A DNA stretch of 63,651 nucleotides from an uncultured Rhodobacterales bacterium (GCA_964448765.1 CAYUXM010000001.1:1-63651); one strand, 5' to 3'. Counted from the first letter of the stretch, positions 1-10,130 are shown. Translations and numbers: made by a program. The notes: a model not told the origin generated them from the sequence alone.

Positions 1-943
1 CGAGGATGCGTTCGAGCAGGGCGACGGGTTTCTGGGTGGGGTAGCCGAGGCGTTCGGCCGCCTGGGCGGTCAACGGCGCTATATCGAGCCAGATATCTTG
101 TAGCGGCGTGCCTGGCATTTCGTCGAGATAGCGTTTCTGCCGTGGCACCACTCCGGGCTTACTCTGAAAGATACGACCTTCGGCATAGAGTTTTTCCATA
201 CGCTCTCTTGAGAAACGCCAATATCGCGTCACGCCAAGGAACTCGTAATGCGGGTTTCGCTTTTTCGGGTCTGAACCGCCGGGTGCAGTAATGTCGAAAG
301 AACCGAACCGCCGGCCGGTGCCCTCTTCTACGTGTCGGTAGTGTTTGTCGATATAGCTTTGATCATATGCGTGATATTGCGTGTTCCACGTGTAGTTGTC
401 TGATTTCATATACTGAAAGATGACATCATGCTGATAGCCAAGTAGGCGGCGACCTTGCCCAGCGTCGCTGTGCGCGGATGTGCGTTTCCAAATGATCTCT
501 GCACCGAACCGCCGCGCCCCGAACACCGCATCCAGCAAGATCTTCAGGTAATGGCTCGCCGTCGGGTCACAGTGCAGATACAGGCTGCCGGTCGGTTTCA
601 GCACCCGGTGCAGTTCCAGCATCCTGACCGCCATCATCGCCAGGTAGGCCATCATGTCGTTGTCGCCCAGGAACGCCCGCATCGCGCGCAGCATCTCGCC
701 CGCGTCGGACCCGGAATGCAGCACGTCGCGATAGGCCGCCTCCGCCGCCTCGCCCCAGTGCCACGTATCGTCGAACGCCTCGATCTGCGCGGCGCTGTCG
801 CGCCCCGTCGGCCCCTTGAACAGCACGTTGTAGCTGGCATTGGAATTGAACGGCGGGTCGAGGTAGATCAGGTCCACCGTTTCGTCGCCGATCTCGTTGC
901 GCAACACGTCAAGGTTGTCGCCGTAGTAAAGATGGTTGGACAC
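1..943 (-). CDS. Site-specific DNA methyltransferase, beta-class N6/N4 (PF01555-like). 3' end lies beyond the window edge.
   Basis: Manual minus-strand translation from GTG at 943 gives VSNHLYYGDNLDVLRNEIGDETVDLIYLDPPFNSNASYN...LHCDPTASHYLK...IIWKRTSAHSD...PTQKPVALLERIL. It has a DPPF catalytic motif near the N-terminus and a motif-X-like PTQKP near the edge. It is absent from the ORF track because it has no stop codon inside the window. Confidence 0.85.
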   Translation of the reverse strand, partial: MSNHLYYGDNLDVLRNEIGDETVDLIYLDPPFNSNASYNVLFKGPTGRDSAAQIEAFDDTWHWGEAAEAAYRDVLHSGSDAGEMLRAMRAFLGDNDMMAYLAMMAVRMLELHRVLKPTGSLYLHCDPTASHYLKILLDAVFGARRFGAEIIWKRTSAHSDAGQGRRLLGYQHDVIFQYMKSDNYTWNTQYHAYDQSYIDKHYRHVEEGTGRRFGSFDITAPGGSDPKKRNPHYEFLGVTRYWRFSRERMEKLYAEGRIFQSKPGVVPRQKRYLDEMPGTPLQDIWLDIAPLTAQAAERLGYPTQKPVALLERIL

Positions 944-1066
944 CGCACACCGCCTACTGCACCTTTCGGCAGGATAACGGGCGGGGCGCGGCGATCAAGC
1001 CCGGCGGCGGTTGACCTTGCCGCGCCGCGCGCCATCATCCCGGCGGCGGGGCGAACGGGGGCGGCG

Positions 1067-1375
1067 ATGCGGGCGATTTTCCTGGCGGCGGTGATCGGGG
1101 CGCGCACGGTTCCGGCCGGGGCCGGGCAGATCGAAAGCGCCTGCCTGCTGTCGGACCGCGCCGGCGGCGACCGGGCGCTGTGCGCCTGCATCCAGACCGT
1201 CGCCGACCGGATGCTCACCCAGGCCGACCAGCGCGACGTGGCGCGGTTCTTCCGCGACCCGGAACGCTCGCACGACATGAAGCTGCGCGACGATGCGCGG
1301 GCCGAGGCGTTCTGGGCCCGGTTTTCCGAATTCGGTGCCGCCGCCGAAAGCGCCTGCGCCCCCGGCGGCGGCTGA
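1067..1375 (+). CDS. Hypothetical small Cys-containing protein, possibly exported
   Basis: This is the 3' part of track ORF 455..1375. The 5' part of that ORF is antisense to the methylase. Starts at the ATG at 1067, has strong GC3 bias and a hydrophobic N-terminus (MRAIFLAAVIGA), and contains 5 Cys. Confidence 0.5.
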   Translation: MRAIFLAAVIGARTVPAGAGQIESACLLSDRAGGDRALCACIQTVADRMLTQADQRDVARFFRDPERSHDMKLRDDARAEAFWARFSEFGAAAESACAPGGG

Positions 1376-1378
1376 TCC

Positions 1379-1894
1379 TCAGTTCGAGTCCTGCATCTGG
1401 CCGTGGCCGTTGCCGTGGCCCATGCCCTGCTGCATCTGGCCGCCCATCATCGGCTTGCGTTCCAGATCTACCGGGATCTCCAGCGTGATGTCGCCGGCCT
1501 TCTCGAAGGTCAGCGTGACCGCGACCGTGTCGCCATGTTGCAGCGACCGGTTGAGGCCCATGAACATCACGTGGTCGCCGCCGCGCGCCAGCGCGTGGCT
1601 GCCGCCGGCGGGGATGGCAAAGCCCTCCTCGACCTCGATCATCTTCATCACGCCGTTGGCGTCGGCCTCGTGGGTGTGCAGTTCCACCCGCGCGGCGATG
1701 TCCGAGGCGGCGGCGACCAGCCGGTCATCCTCGGCGCCGTGGTTCTCGATCACCATGAAGGCGGCGCCGGATTTCGACATCATCGTCGAGACGCGGGCAT
1801 AGGGATCGGTGACGGTGATCGTGTCTGCGGCGAAGGCCGGCAGGGCGAAGGCGGCCGCGGCGGTGGCGGCCAGGAAGGTGCTGCGAAGGACCAT
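1379..1894 (-). CDS. Copper chaperone PCu(A)C (DUF461) with Met/His-rich C-terminal tail
   Basis: MVLRSTFLAATAAAAFALPAFA signal peptide. PYARVS...AFMVIENHG...HVMFMGL copper motif. Tail is KPMMGGQMQQGMGHGNGHGQMQ. The ATG at 1894 was confirmed on the sequence. Confidence 0.85.
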   Translation of the reverse strand: MVLRSTFLAATAAAAFALPAFAADTITVTDPYARVSTMMSKSGAAFMVIENHGAEDDRLVAAASDIAARVELHTHEADANGVMKMIEVEEGFAIPAGGSHALARGGDHVMFMGLNRSLQHGDTVAVTLTFEKAGDITLEIPVDLERKPMMGGQMQQGMGHGNGHGQMQDSN

Positions 1895-1929
1895 CTGTCT
1901 CTCCTGTCTGAACGTGGAATTTCCGGGGT

Positions 1930-2283
1930 TCAGACAGGCAGCGGGGGGCCTCGGGCGGCGGGGCGCGGGGCATCGGCGCCGCGCGCCGTGGCGGGCTCCG
2001 GCAGGCCGGGCGCGCGCCGGGCGGTATCGGGCGGGGTCAGCGTGAGGGCCGCGGCCGGCGGCGCGGCCAGAAGCGCCAGCGCCATGTCGGGGCAGATATG
2101 CGCCGGGCCGGTCGGGTTGCCCTGGGCATCGACGGTGATCACCGTCACCCCGAGGCCCGAGCAGATCACGATCTCGCCCGCCACCCGCGCCTGGCCGCGC
2201 GCCACCGCCATCGTCAGGCTGGTGGCGGCGAGGATCAGGGCCAGCGACAGGGCCAGCAGTCTGCGGGCGAAGGGGCGCGTCAT
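1930..2283 (-). CDS. Hypothetical membrane-anchored protein upstream of PCu(A)C
   Basis: MTRPFARRLLALSLALILAATSL N-terminal anchor, conserved-looking ICSGLG...HICPD cysteines. Same strand as PCu(A)C and 35 nt upstream of it. Confidence 0.5.
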   Translation of the reverse strand: MTRPFARRLLALSLALILAATSLTMAVARGQARVAGEIVICSGLGVTVITVDAQGNPTGPAHICPDMALALLAAPPAAALTLTPPDTARRAPGLPEPATARGADAPRPAARGPPLPV

Positions 2284-2349
2284 CGCCGCAGATATAGCCA
2301 TACCGGCGCGGGCGTGAAAGGGGCAGTTCAGCGCAGGGCAAACGAGAAC

Positions 2350-2369
2350 GGCCCCGCCGGGGCGGGGCC
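2350..2369 (-). terminator. GC-rich hairpin downstream of rpmB
   Basis: GGCCCCGCC-GG-GGCGGGGCC palindrome 23 nt after the rpmB stop. The minus-strand 3' flank is GTTCTCGTTTGC. Confidence 0.5.
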
Positions 2370-2391
2370 GCGCAGTCCGTCCGGCCGTGGC

Positions 2392-2679
2392 TCAGGCCGC
2401 GGCCCGGGCCTTCTGGATGTCCTTCTTCAGCTTCAGCGCGCGGGCGCTGAGCTCGTCGTCCTTGGCCTTCAGCAGGAAGGCGTCAAGCCCGCCGCGATGG
2501 TCGACCGAGCGCAGCGCGGCGGCCGAGATCCGCAGCTTGACCGGCTGGCCCAGCACGTCCGACAACAGCGTCACATCGGTCAGGTTCGGCAGGAACCGGC
2601 GCCGGGTCTTGTTGTTGGCGTGGCTCACGTTGTTGCCCGTCATCGGGCCCTTGCCGGTCAGTTCGCAAACGCGCGACAT
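2392..2679 (-). CDS. rpmB: 50S ribosomal protein L28
   Basis: [33 protein letters not shown] is a canonical L28 N-terminus. Confidence 0.95.
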   Translation of the reverse strand: MSRVCELTGKGPMTGNNVSHANNKTRRRFLPNLTDVTLLSDVLGQPVKLRISAAALRSVDHRGGLDAFLLKAKDDELSARALKLKKDIQKARAAA

Positions 2680-2865
2680 GGGTTTCTTCCTTTTTCCGCT
2701 AGGCGGGGTCGTGCGCCGCCTGGCCCAAACATGCGGGGCGCCCCGCGGACGCCCCCGAATTCCGTCGGCGCGGATTAGCCGCTCTTCCCGTTCCCGTCAA
2801 GCGATTCATCCCCGTGCCGGCCGGACCCCCGGCCGCGATCACGCCCGGGCCGGACCTCAGGGTGC

Positions 2866-2906
2866 CGGGAAAAGCAAGAAGCCCCATCTGGACGACCGGA
2901 TGGGGC
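2866..2906 (-). terminator. Rho-independent terminator of the VPLPA-CTERM gene
   Basis: On the minus strand, GCCCCATC-N10-GATGGGGC is followed by TTCTTGCTTTTCCC. It starts about 23 nt after the stop at 2929. Confidence 0.7.
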
Positions 2907-2928
2907 GTTTCAGGGGAGTGTCAGCCGG

Positions 2929-3318
2929 TCAGGCCTTGGCGTTGCGCTTGCGGCGCATCAGCGCGAAGCCGCCGATCGCGGTCAGCAGAAGCGCACCACC
3001 TGCCGGGAGCGGCACCGCCGAGGGGGTCACTTCCGGCGCCCCGTGGTCGTGGCCCCGACGGTGTGCGCGGATCATGTTCCGCACCATACGACGCATCTCA
3101 TGACGGCAACCGCGAACGCCCTCGCCCCCGCACATCTGGCGGATGTGGCCCTGCCAGGACGCGCCATGCGAGTTCGAGATATGCTCGAACATCGAACCCA
3201 TATGGCCCGTGTAGCGCTCAACCAGCGCGCTGCCGTAGCTGTTGCCGTTGTAGGTGGACGCGGTGGCGCCGGTGCTCATCACTGCCGCGACAGCGGCGAT
3301 TGCAATAAACTTGATCAT
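2929..3318 (-). CDS. Secreted His/Met/Cys-rich protein with VPLPA-CTERM-type sorting tail
   Basis: N-terminal signal MIKFIAIAAVAAVMSTGATA. C-terminus is VPLPAGGALLLTAIGGFALMRRKRNAKA, i.e. motif, TM helix and basic cluster. Confidence 0.75.
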   Translation of the reverse strand: MIKFIAIAAVAAVMSTGATASTYNGNSYGSALVERYTGHMGSMFEHISNSHGASWQGHIRQMCGGEGVRGCRHEMRRMVRNMIRAHRRGHDHGAPEVTPSAVPLPAGGALLLTAIGGFALMRRKRNAKA

Positions 3319-3646
3319 TCAAAACCCCTGATGAGGATGTCAGCTTCAAAATGTGCCAAGCCCGTCCACCGGGCACGGTACGAGGCATACACCAAGGGAT
3401 AGCGCGCCGGACCGTGGTAAGCAATCGGTAAATTGCAAGGCTGGACTTTTCGGCAGGCTTCCGGCCGGTGACGGGACTCGGCCGTCCTGCCGGGGCTGCC
3501 GCGGTTTGCGCGGGCCGCCGATCTCTGATACCCGACGGCAACCACGCGGCGCGACGACCGGGCGATGACCGGCCCGCCCGCCCGCACAACCGAGTACCCG
3601 CGACGAAGCGGCCTCGGAAAACTCATCAAAGCCACAGGACGATGAA

Positions 3647-4078
3647 ATGACCCAAGCCGCCAAGGCCGGAGACAAGTTGCGCATTCACTACACGGGCCGT
3701 TTGGACGACGGCACCGTGTTCGACAGTTCCGAGGGCCGCGAGCCGCTGGAATACACCGCCGGCAGCGGCGAGATCATTCCCGGCCTCGACGAGGGCGTGA
3801 TCGGCATGGCGGTGGGCGACAGCCGCCAGGTCACCGTCGCCCCCGAAGACGCCTACGGCCCGCGCGACGAGGGCCGGGTCCAGACCGTCCCGCGCGAGGC
3901 GATCCCCGATCACGTTCCGACCGATCCGGGCACCCAGCTGTCGGCCCAGATGCAGGACGGCCAGACCGTGCAGCTGGTGGTGACGAACCGCACCGACAGC
4001 CATGTCGAGCTGGACGCCAACCACCCGCTGGCCGGCAAGGTGCTGACCTTCGACGTGGAACTGGTGGAGATCGGCTGA
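3647..4078 (+). CDS. FKBP-type peptidyl-prolyl cis-trans isomerase (SlyD-like, no His tail)
   Basis: HYTGRLDDGTVFDSS...PLEYTAGSGEIIPGLDEGVIGM...HPLAGKVLTFDVELVEI. Confidence 0.9.
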   Translation: MTQAAKAGDKLRIHYTGRLDDGTVFDSSEGREPLEYTAGSGEIIPGLDEGVIGMAVGDSRQVTVAPEDAYGPRDEGRVQTVPREAIPDHVPTDPGTQLSAQMQDGQTVQLVVTNRTDSHVELDANHPLAGKVLTFDVELVEIG

Positions 4079-4079
4079 C

Positions 4080-4123
4080 CGCCGGCCGGGCCGCGCGGCG
4101 CCCCCGCGCGGCCGCCCGGCGGA
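4080..4123. terminator. Long imperfect GC hairpin between convergent PPIase and aspS genes
   Basis: CCGCCGGCCGGGCCGCGCGG...CCGCGCGGCCGCCCGGCGG fills the whole 45-nt spacer. No clear U-tract. Confidence 0.4.
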
Positions 4124-5899
4124 TCACTCCCGTGGCACGATCCTGAGGCCCAGTTCGCGCAGCTGCTCGTTCGAGGCCTCGGTCGGCGCGCCCATCATCA
4201 GGTCTTCGGCGCGCTGGGTCATCGGGAACATGATGACCTCGCGGATATTGGTTTCGTCGGCCAGAAGCATCACCAGCCGGTCGATGCCCGCCGCGCAGCC
4301 GCCATGCGGCGGGGCGCCGTATTTGAACGCCTTGACCATGCCGCCGAAGCGCCGCTCGACCTCGTCCCGGCCGTAACCGGCGATCTCGAAGGCCCGGAAC
4401 ATGATCTCGGGCTTGTGGTTGCGGATGCCGCCCGACAGCAGTTCATAGCCGTTGCAGGCGAGATCGTATTGCCAGGCCAGCACCGTCAGCGGATCGCCCT
4501 GAAGCGCCTCCAGCCCGCCCTGCGGCATCGAGAACGGGTTGTGGCTGAACTCGATCTTCCCGGTTTCCGCGTCCTTCTCGAACATCGGGAAATCGACGAC
4601 CCAGGCGAAGCGGAACACGCCCTGTTCGGTCAGGCCAAGCTCGTTGCCGATCTCCACCCGCGCCTTGGCCGCGACGGTCTCGAAGGTCTCGGGCCGGCCG
4701 CCGAGGAAGAAGGCCGCGTCGCCGGCCTTCAGGCCGAGTTCCTGCCGGATCGCCTCGGTCCGTTCCGGGCCGATGTTCTTGGCGAGCGGGCCTGCGCCTT
4801 CCGGCACGCCGCCCTCGTCGCGCCAGAAGATGTAGCCCATCCCCGGCAGGCCCTGCGCCTGCGCGAAGGCGTTCATCCGGTCGCAGAACTTGCGGCTGCC
4901 GCCGCCCGGCGCCGGGATCGCGCGGATCTCGGTGCCCTCGTTTTCCAGAAGCTTGGCGAAGATGGCAAAGCCCGAGCCGCGGAAATGCTCGCTGACCACC
5001 TGCATCCGGATCGGGTTGCGCAGGTCGGGCTTGTCGGTGCCATACCACAGCATCGCGTCGCGATAGGCGATCCGCGGCCAGTCGGGATCGACCGTGCGGC
5101 CGCCGCCGAACTCCTCGAACACACCCTGGATCACCGGCTGCACGGCGGCGAAGACATCGTCCTGGGTGACGAAGCTCATTTCCACATCGAGCTGGTAGAA
5201 ATCGGTGGGCGAGCGGTCGGCGCGCGGGTCTTCGTCGCGGAAGCAGGGCGCGATCTGGAAATAGCGGTCGAAGCCCGCCACCATGATCAGCTGCTTGAAC
5301 TGCTGCGGCGCCTGCGGCAGCGCGTAGAACCGGCCCGGATGCAGCCGCGACGGCACGAGGAAATCGCGCGCCCCCTCGGGTGACGACGCGGTGATGATCG
5401 GCGTCTGGAATTCGGTGAAGCCGCTGTCCCACATCCGGTCGCGCAGGCTTTTGACCACCCGCGCGCGCAGCATGATGTTGTCGTGCAGGCTGTCGCGGCG
5501 CAGGTCGAGGAACCGGTAGGCCAGCCGCGTCTCCTCGGGGTAGTCGAGATCGCCGAAGACCGGCAGCGGCAGTTCCTCGGCCGGGCCCAGCACCTCGACC
5601 GCGCGCACGTAAACCTCGATCTCGCCGGTCGGGATCTTCGCGTTGATCAGCGTGGCGTCGCGCAGCTTCACCTCGCCGTCGATCCGGATCACCCATTCGG
5701 ACCGCACCGTCTCCAGCGTCGCGAAGGCGGCGCTGTCGCCGTCGCACAGCACCTGGGTGATGCCGTAGTGGTCGCGCAGGTCGATGAACAGCACCCCGCC
5801 GTGGTCGCGGACCCGGTGCACCCAGCCCGAAAGACGCACCGTCTGACCGGCATGGGCGGCGTTGAGCTCGGCGCAGGTGTGGCTGCGATAGATGTGCAT
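4124..5899 (-). CDS. aspS: Aspartate--tRNA ligase
   Basis: [46 protein letters not shown]. Class II motifs FRDED and [10 protein letters not shown]. The ATG at 5899 was confirmed; the track ORF starts 24 codons upstream. Confidence 0.95.
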   Translation of the reverse strand: MHIYRSHTCAELNAAHAGQTVRLSGWVHRVRDHGGVLFIDLRDHYGITQVLCDGDSAAFATLETVRSEWVIRIDGEVKLRDATLINAKIPTGEIEVYVRAVEVLGPAEELPLPVFGDLDYPEETRLAYRFLDLRRDSLHDNIMLRARVVKSLRDRMWDSGFTEFQTPIITASSPEGARDFLVPSRLHPGRFYALPQAPQQFKQLIMVAGFDRYFQIAPCFRDEDPRADRSPTDFYQLDVEMSFVTQDDVFAAVQPVIQGVFEEFGGGRTVDPDWPRIAYRDAMLWYGTDKPDLRNPIRMQVVSEHFRGSGFAIFAKLLENEGTEIRAIPAPGGGSRKFCDRMNAFAQAQGLPGMGYIFWRDEGGVPEGAGPLAKNIGPERTEAIRQELGLKAGDAAFFLGGRPETFETVAAKARVEIGNELGLTEQGVFRFAWVVDFPMFEKDAETGKIEFSHNPFSMPQGGLEALQGDPLTVLAWQYDLACNGYELLSGGIRNHKPEIMFRAFEIAGYGRDEVERRFGGMVKAFKYGAPPHGGCAAGIDRLVMLLADETNIREVIMFPMTQRAEDLMMGAPTEASNEQLRELGLRIVPRE

Positions 5900-5995
5900 G
5901 GGCGTGTCCTGGCGCTGGCGTGGGCGGTTTCGCGTCCGCGCCGATACACTCGACTGCCCGGCCAATGTCAACCCGAGCGGGCGGCGGGCCGGGGC

Positions 5996-6637
5996 TCAGA
6001 AGGGCCGCTCGACATAGCCGGTGTAGAAGAACACGCCCAGCCCCAGCGTGAACAGGATGCCGCCGGCCACCGCGTGCAGCACCACGGCGGCGGGGAAGCT
6101 GCCCTGGCGGGCGTAGACATGGGCAAAGACCAGCCCGCCGCCGAAGGTCATCAGGACCGCCGGCCAGTTCCAGTACATCAGATGCGCCAGAGCGAAGACC
6201 AGCGCGTTGAGCACGATCGCCGCCCGGCCCGCGGGCAGAAGGCTGCCGTAGCGGCGAAAGAACAGCGGCCGGAAGATCAGTTCCTGCGGCAGCGCCGAGA
6301 GCACCGGGTAGAGCAGCAGGATCGCCGCCAGCAGCGCGGGCTGCCGGCGCGGCAGGGCCAGGAACGCCTCGGGCCGCAGGGCCAGGATCACGGCCGAGCC
6401 GAACGCCGCCGTCGCCAGCGCAAAGCCCGCGACCTGCCGCCAGTCGATCCGCCCCGCGCCGCGCAGCAGTTCGCCCCAGCGAAACCCCGGCGTCAGATGC
6501 AGCAGCACGGCGCCGAGACCGGTCATGACGAACAGCACCGGGAACATCCAGCCCGGCGGCATCGCCAGCGCCATGGCGAGCGGCAGCAGCAGGAAGAAGC
6601 CTATGAACTCGGCCCAAAGGATGGTTTTCGTCGTCAT
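5996..6637 (-). CDS. CPBP family intramembrane glutamic endopeptidase (CAAX protease-like)
   Basis: Polytopic membrane protein with QELIFRPLFF (EExxxR-like), FALAH and HAVAG motifs. Starts MTTKT at 6637. Confidence 0.8.
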   Translation of the reverse strand: MTTKTILWAEFIGFFLLLPLAMALAMPPGWMFPVLFVMTGLGAVLLHLTPGFRWGELLRGAGRIDWRQVAGFALATAAFGSAVILALRPEAFLALPRRQPALLAAILLLYPVLSALPQELIFRPLFFRRYGSLLPAGRAAIVLNALVFALAHLMYWNWPAVLMTFGGGLVFAHVYARQGSFPAAVVLHAVAGGILFTLGLGVFFYTGYVERPF

Positions 6638-6797
6638 CGCAGGACCGGTTCCGCCCCCGTTTCGCGCGCCCTGCCGAGACTTCGGGCCGGCGCGCCGAAG
6701 ATCAAGGTGCCGCGGCGCGGAAACCCGGCCAATTTGCGCCTTGAACCGGCAAGCGAGCCGTCTATAAACCGCGGGACTTTGAGCCGGGGGTGCTGCC

Positions 6798-9700
6798 ATG
6801 CCGAAGAGAACCGACATCCGGTCGATCATGATCATCGGAGCCGGTCCCATCGTCATCGGCCAGGCCTGCGAATTCGACTATTCCGGCGCGCAGGCCTGCA
6901 AGGCGCTCAGGGAAGAGGGCTACCGGGTGATCCTGGTGAACTCCAACCCCGCGACGATCATGACCGATCCGGGGCTGGCCGACGCCACCTATATCGAGCC
7001 GATCGATCCCGGGATCGTGGCGAAGATCATCGAAAAGGAGCGGCCCGACGCGCTGTTGCCGACGATGGGCGGGCAGACCGGGCTCAACACCGCGCTGGCG
7101 CTGGCCGACATGGGGGTTCTGCACAGGTACGGGGTGGAGCTGATCGGCGCCAACCGCGCCGCGATCGAGATGGCCGAGGACCGCAAGCTGTTTCGCGAGG
7201 CGATGGACCGGATCGGGCTGGAAAACCCGCGCGCCACCATCGTTTCCGCGCCGAAGCTGGCCAGCGGCAAGTACGACATCAAGGAAGGCGTTCGGCTTGC
7301 GATGGCCGCGCTGGACGAGGTCGGCCTGCCGGCGATCATCCGCCCGGCCTTCACGCTCGGCGGCACCGGCGGCGGCATCGCCTACAACCGCGACGACTAC
7401 GAGGCGATCGTCAAGGGCGGGCTGGAGGCCAGCCCGGTCGCGCAGGTGCTGATCGACGAAAGCCTGCTGGGCTGGAAGGAATACGAGATGGAGGTGGTCC
7501 GCGACCGCGCGGACAACGCGATCATCATCTGCTCGATCGAGAACGTCGATCCGATGGGCGTGCATACCGGCGATTCGATCACCGTCGCCCCGGCGCTGAC
7601 GCTGACCGACAAGGAATACCAGCGGATGCGCAACGGCTCCATCGCCGTGCTGCGCGAAATCGGGGTGGAGACCGGCGGTTCGAACGTGCAATGGGCGATC
7701 AACCCCGCCGACGGCCGGATGGTGGTGATCGAGATGAACCCGCGGGTCTCTCGTTCCTCGGCGCTGGCCTCGAAGGCCACGGGGTTCCCGATCGCCAAGA
7801 TCGCCGCGAAGCTGGCGGTGGGCTACACGCTCGACGAGCTGGACAACGACATCACCAAGGTCACGCCGGCCTCGTTCGAACCCACCATCGACTATGTCGT
7901 GACGAAGATCCCGCGCTTCGCCTTCGAGAAGTTCCCGGGATCGAAGCCGGAACTCACCACCGCGATGAAATCGGTGGGCGAGGTCATGGCGATCGGCCGC
8001 ACGATCCATGAATCGCTGCAAAAGGCGCTGGCCGGGCTGGAAACCGGGCTGAGCGGCTTCGACGAGATCGAGATCGCCGGCGCCCCGGACAAGGCCGCCG
8101 TGGTCAAGGCGCTGTCGGCGCGCACGCCGGACCGGATGCGGCTGATCGCGCAGGCGATGCGGTACGGGCTGGGCGATGACGAGATCTGCGCGGCCACCGA
8201 CTTCGACGCCTGGTTCGTCGCCCGGATCCGCGAGATCGTCGAGGCCGAGGAACAGGTGCGCCGCGACGGGCTGCCGCTGGACGCCGCCGGGCTCCGGGCG
8301 CTGAAGATGATGGGCTTCACCGATGCCCGGCTGGCCGCGCTGACCGGCCGCGACGAGGGCCAGGTGCGCCGCGCGCGCCGCAACCTCGGCGTCCGCGCCG
8401 TGTTCAAGCGGATCGACACCTGCGCGGCCGAGTTCGAGGCGCAGACGCCCTACATGTATTCCACCTACGAGGTTCCCGCGATGGACGAGGTGGAATGCGA
8501 GGCGCGGCCCTCGGACCGCAAGAAGGTCGTCATCCTCGGCGGCGGGCCGAACCGGATCGGGCAGGGGATCGAGTTCGACTACTGCTGCTGTCACGCCTGT
8601 TTCGCGCTGACCGACGCGGGCTACGAGACGATCATGATCAACTGCAACCCCGAGACCGTGTCGACCGACTACGACACCTCGGACCGTCTGTATTTCGAAC
8701 CGCTGACGCTGGAACACGTGCTGGAGATCCTGCGGGTGGAACAGGAGGCGGGCACGCTGCACGGCGTGATCGTGCAGTTCGGCGGCCAGACGCCGCTGAA
8801 GCTGGCCAATGCGCTTTACGACGAGGGGATCCCGATCCTCGGCACCACGCCCGACGCGATCGACCTGGCCGAGGATCGCGAGCGGTTCCAGAAGCTGCTG
8901 AACGATCTGGGCCTGAAACAGCCGGTGAACGGCATCGCCGCCTCCGACGAACAGGCCTTCGCCATCGCCGAGCGGGTCGGCTTCCCGCTGGTGATCCGGC
9001 CCTCCTACGTGCTTGGCGGCCGCGCGATGGAGATCGTGCGCGACATGGACGGGCTCAGGCGCTACATCACCCATGCGGTCGATGTCTCGGGCAGGAACCC
9101 GGTGCTGCTTGACAGCTATCTTTCCGGCGCGATCGAGGTCGATGTCGATGCTCTGTCGGACGGCGAGACGGTGCATGTCGCCGGGATCATGGAACATATC
9201 GAGGAGGCCGGGGTGCATTCGGGCGACAGCGCCTGCTGCCTGCCGCCGCATACGCTGCCCGCCGGGGTCGTCTCCGAGATCAAGCGCCAGACCGCCGCGC
9301 TGGCCCGCGCGCTGAACGTCGTGGGGCTGATGAACGTGCAATACGCGGTCAAGGGCGGCGAGATCTTCGTGCTCGAGGTCAATCCGCGGGCCTCGCGCAC
9401 CGTGCCCTTCGTCGCCAAGGCCACCGACAGCGCGATCGCCTCGATCGCCGCGCGGCTGATGGCCGGCGAGCCGATGGCGGCCTTCCCGATGCGGCCGGCC
9501 TATCCCGATGGCGTCGGCCCCGACACGCCCCTGCCCTTCGCCGATCCGCTGACGCTGGCCGATCCCGACATGCCGTGGTTTTCGGTCAAGGAGGCGGTGA
9601 TGCCGTTTGCCCGCTTCCCCGGCGTCGACACGATCCTCGGCCCCGAGATGCGGTCGACCGGCGAGGTGATGGGCTGGGACCGGACCTTCGCGCTGGCGTT

Positions 9701-10130
9701 TCTCAAGGCGCAGATCGGCGCCGGCACCCATCTGCCCGAGGCCGGCACCGTCTTCATCTCGATCCGCGACGCCGACAAGACCGCCGACATGGCCGGGGCC
9801 GCGCGCGGGCTGGTCGAGATGGGCTTCACCATCGTCGCGACCCGCGGCACCGCGGCCTTCCTGGCCGGGAAGGGGGTTGCGGCCGAGGTCGTCAACAAGG
9901 TCTACGAGGGCCGGCCCGACATCGTCGACCGGCTCAAGGACGGCGGCATCGCGCTGGTGATGAACACCACCGAGGGCGCGCAGGCGGTGGCCGACAGCCG
10001 CGACATCCGCGCCGTCGCGCTTTACGACAAGATCCCGTATTTCACCACCGCCGCCGCCAGTATCGCCGCGGTCGCCGCGATGCAGGCCCGCAGCGAGGGC
10101 GAGATCGGGGTGCGCAGCCTGCAGAACTGA
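6798..10130 (+). CDS. carB: Carbamoyl-phosphate synthase large subunit
   Basis: 1110 aa. [42 protein letters not shown], with duplicated ATP-grasp halves. Confidence 0.97.
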   Translation: MPKRTDIRSIMIIGAGPIVIGQACEFDYSGAQACKALREEGYRVILVNSNPATIMTDPGLADATYIEPIDPGIVAKIIEKERPDALLPTMGGQTGLNTALALADMGVLHRYGVELIGANRAAIEMAEDRKLFREAMDRIGLENPRATIVSAPKLASGKYDIKEGVRLAMAALDEVGLPAIIRPAFTLGGTGGGIAYNRDDYEAIVKGGLEASPVAQVLIDESLLGWKEYEMEVVRDRADNAIIICSIENVDPMGVHTGDSITVAPALTLTDKEYQRMRNGSIAVLREIGVETGGSNVQWAINPADGRMVVIEMNPRVSRSSALASKATGFPIAKIAAKLAVGYTLDELDNDITKVTPASFEPTIDYVVTKIPRFAFEKFPGSKPELTTAMKSVGEVMAIGRTIHESLQKALAGLETGLSGFDEIEIAGAPDKAAVVKALSARTPDRMRLIAQAMRYGLGDDEICAATDFDAWFVARIREIVEAEEQVRRDGLPLDAAGLRALKMMGFTDARLAALTGRDEGQVRRARRNLGVRAVFKRIDTCAAEFEAQTPYMYSTYEVPAMDEVECEARPSDRKKVVILGGGPNRIGQGIEFDYCCCHACFALTDAGYETIMINCNPETVSTDYDTSDRLYFEPLTLEHVLEILRVEQEAGTLHGVIVQFGGQTPLKLANALYDEGIPILGTTPDAIDLAEDRERFQKLLNDLGLKQPVNGIAASDEQAFAIAERVGFPLVIRPSYVLGGRAMEIVRDMDGLRRYITHAVDVSGRNPVLLDSYLSGAIEVDVDALSDGETVHVAGIMEHIEEAGVHSGDSACCLPPHTLPAGVVSEIKRQTAALARALNVVGLMNVQYAVKGGEIFVLEVNPRASRTVPFVAKATDSAIASIAARLMAGEPMAAFPMRPAYPDGVGPDTPLPFADPLTLADPDMPWFSVKEAVMPFARFPGVDTILGPEMRSTGEVMGWDRTFALAFLKAQIGAGTHLPEAGTVFISIRDADKTADMAGAARGLVEMGFTIVATRGTAAFLAGKGVAAEVVNKVYEGRPDIVDRLKDGGIALVMNTTEGAQAVADSRDIRAVALYDKIPYFTTAAASIAAVAAMQARSEGEIGVRSLQN

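Noticed and set aside
455-1066. 5' two-thirds of track ORF 455..1375 (+)
   Set aside because: It is antisense to the methyltransferase ORF, which has unambiguous catalytic motifs. Only the part from the ATG at 1067 lies outside that gene.
3343-3358. Sigma-54-like promoter TGGCACATTTTGAAGC on the minus strand upstream of the VPLPA-CTERM gene
   Set aside because: The GG to GC spacing is 11 nt instead of the invariant 10, and the -12 region is GAAGC rather than TTGC. It was tempting because of the LuxO-like activator in the window, but it does not fit.
4443-8011. Long overlapping ORFs 4443..6617(-) and 5483..8011(+)
   Set aside because: They are off-frame or antisense shadows of aspS, the CPBP protease and carB. 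Composition is Arg/Gly/Pro-rich with no recognisable domains.
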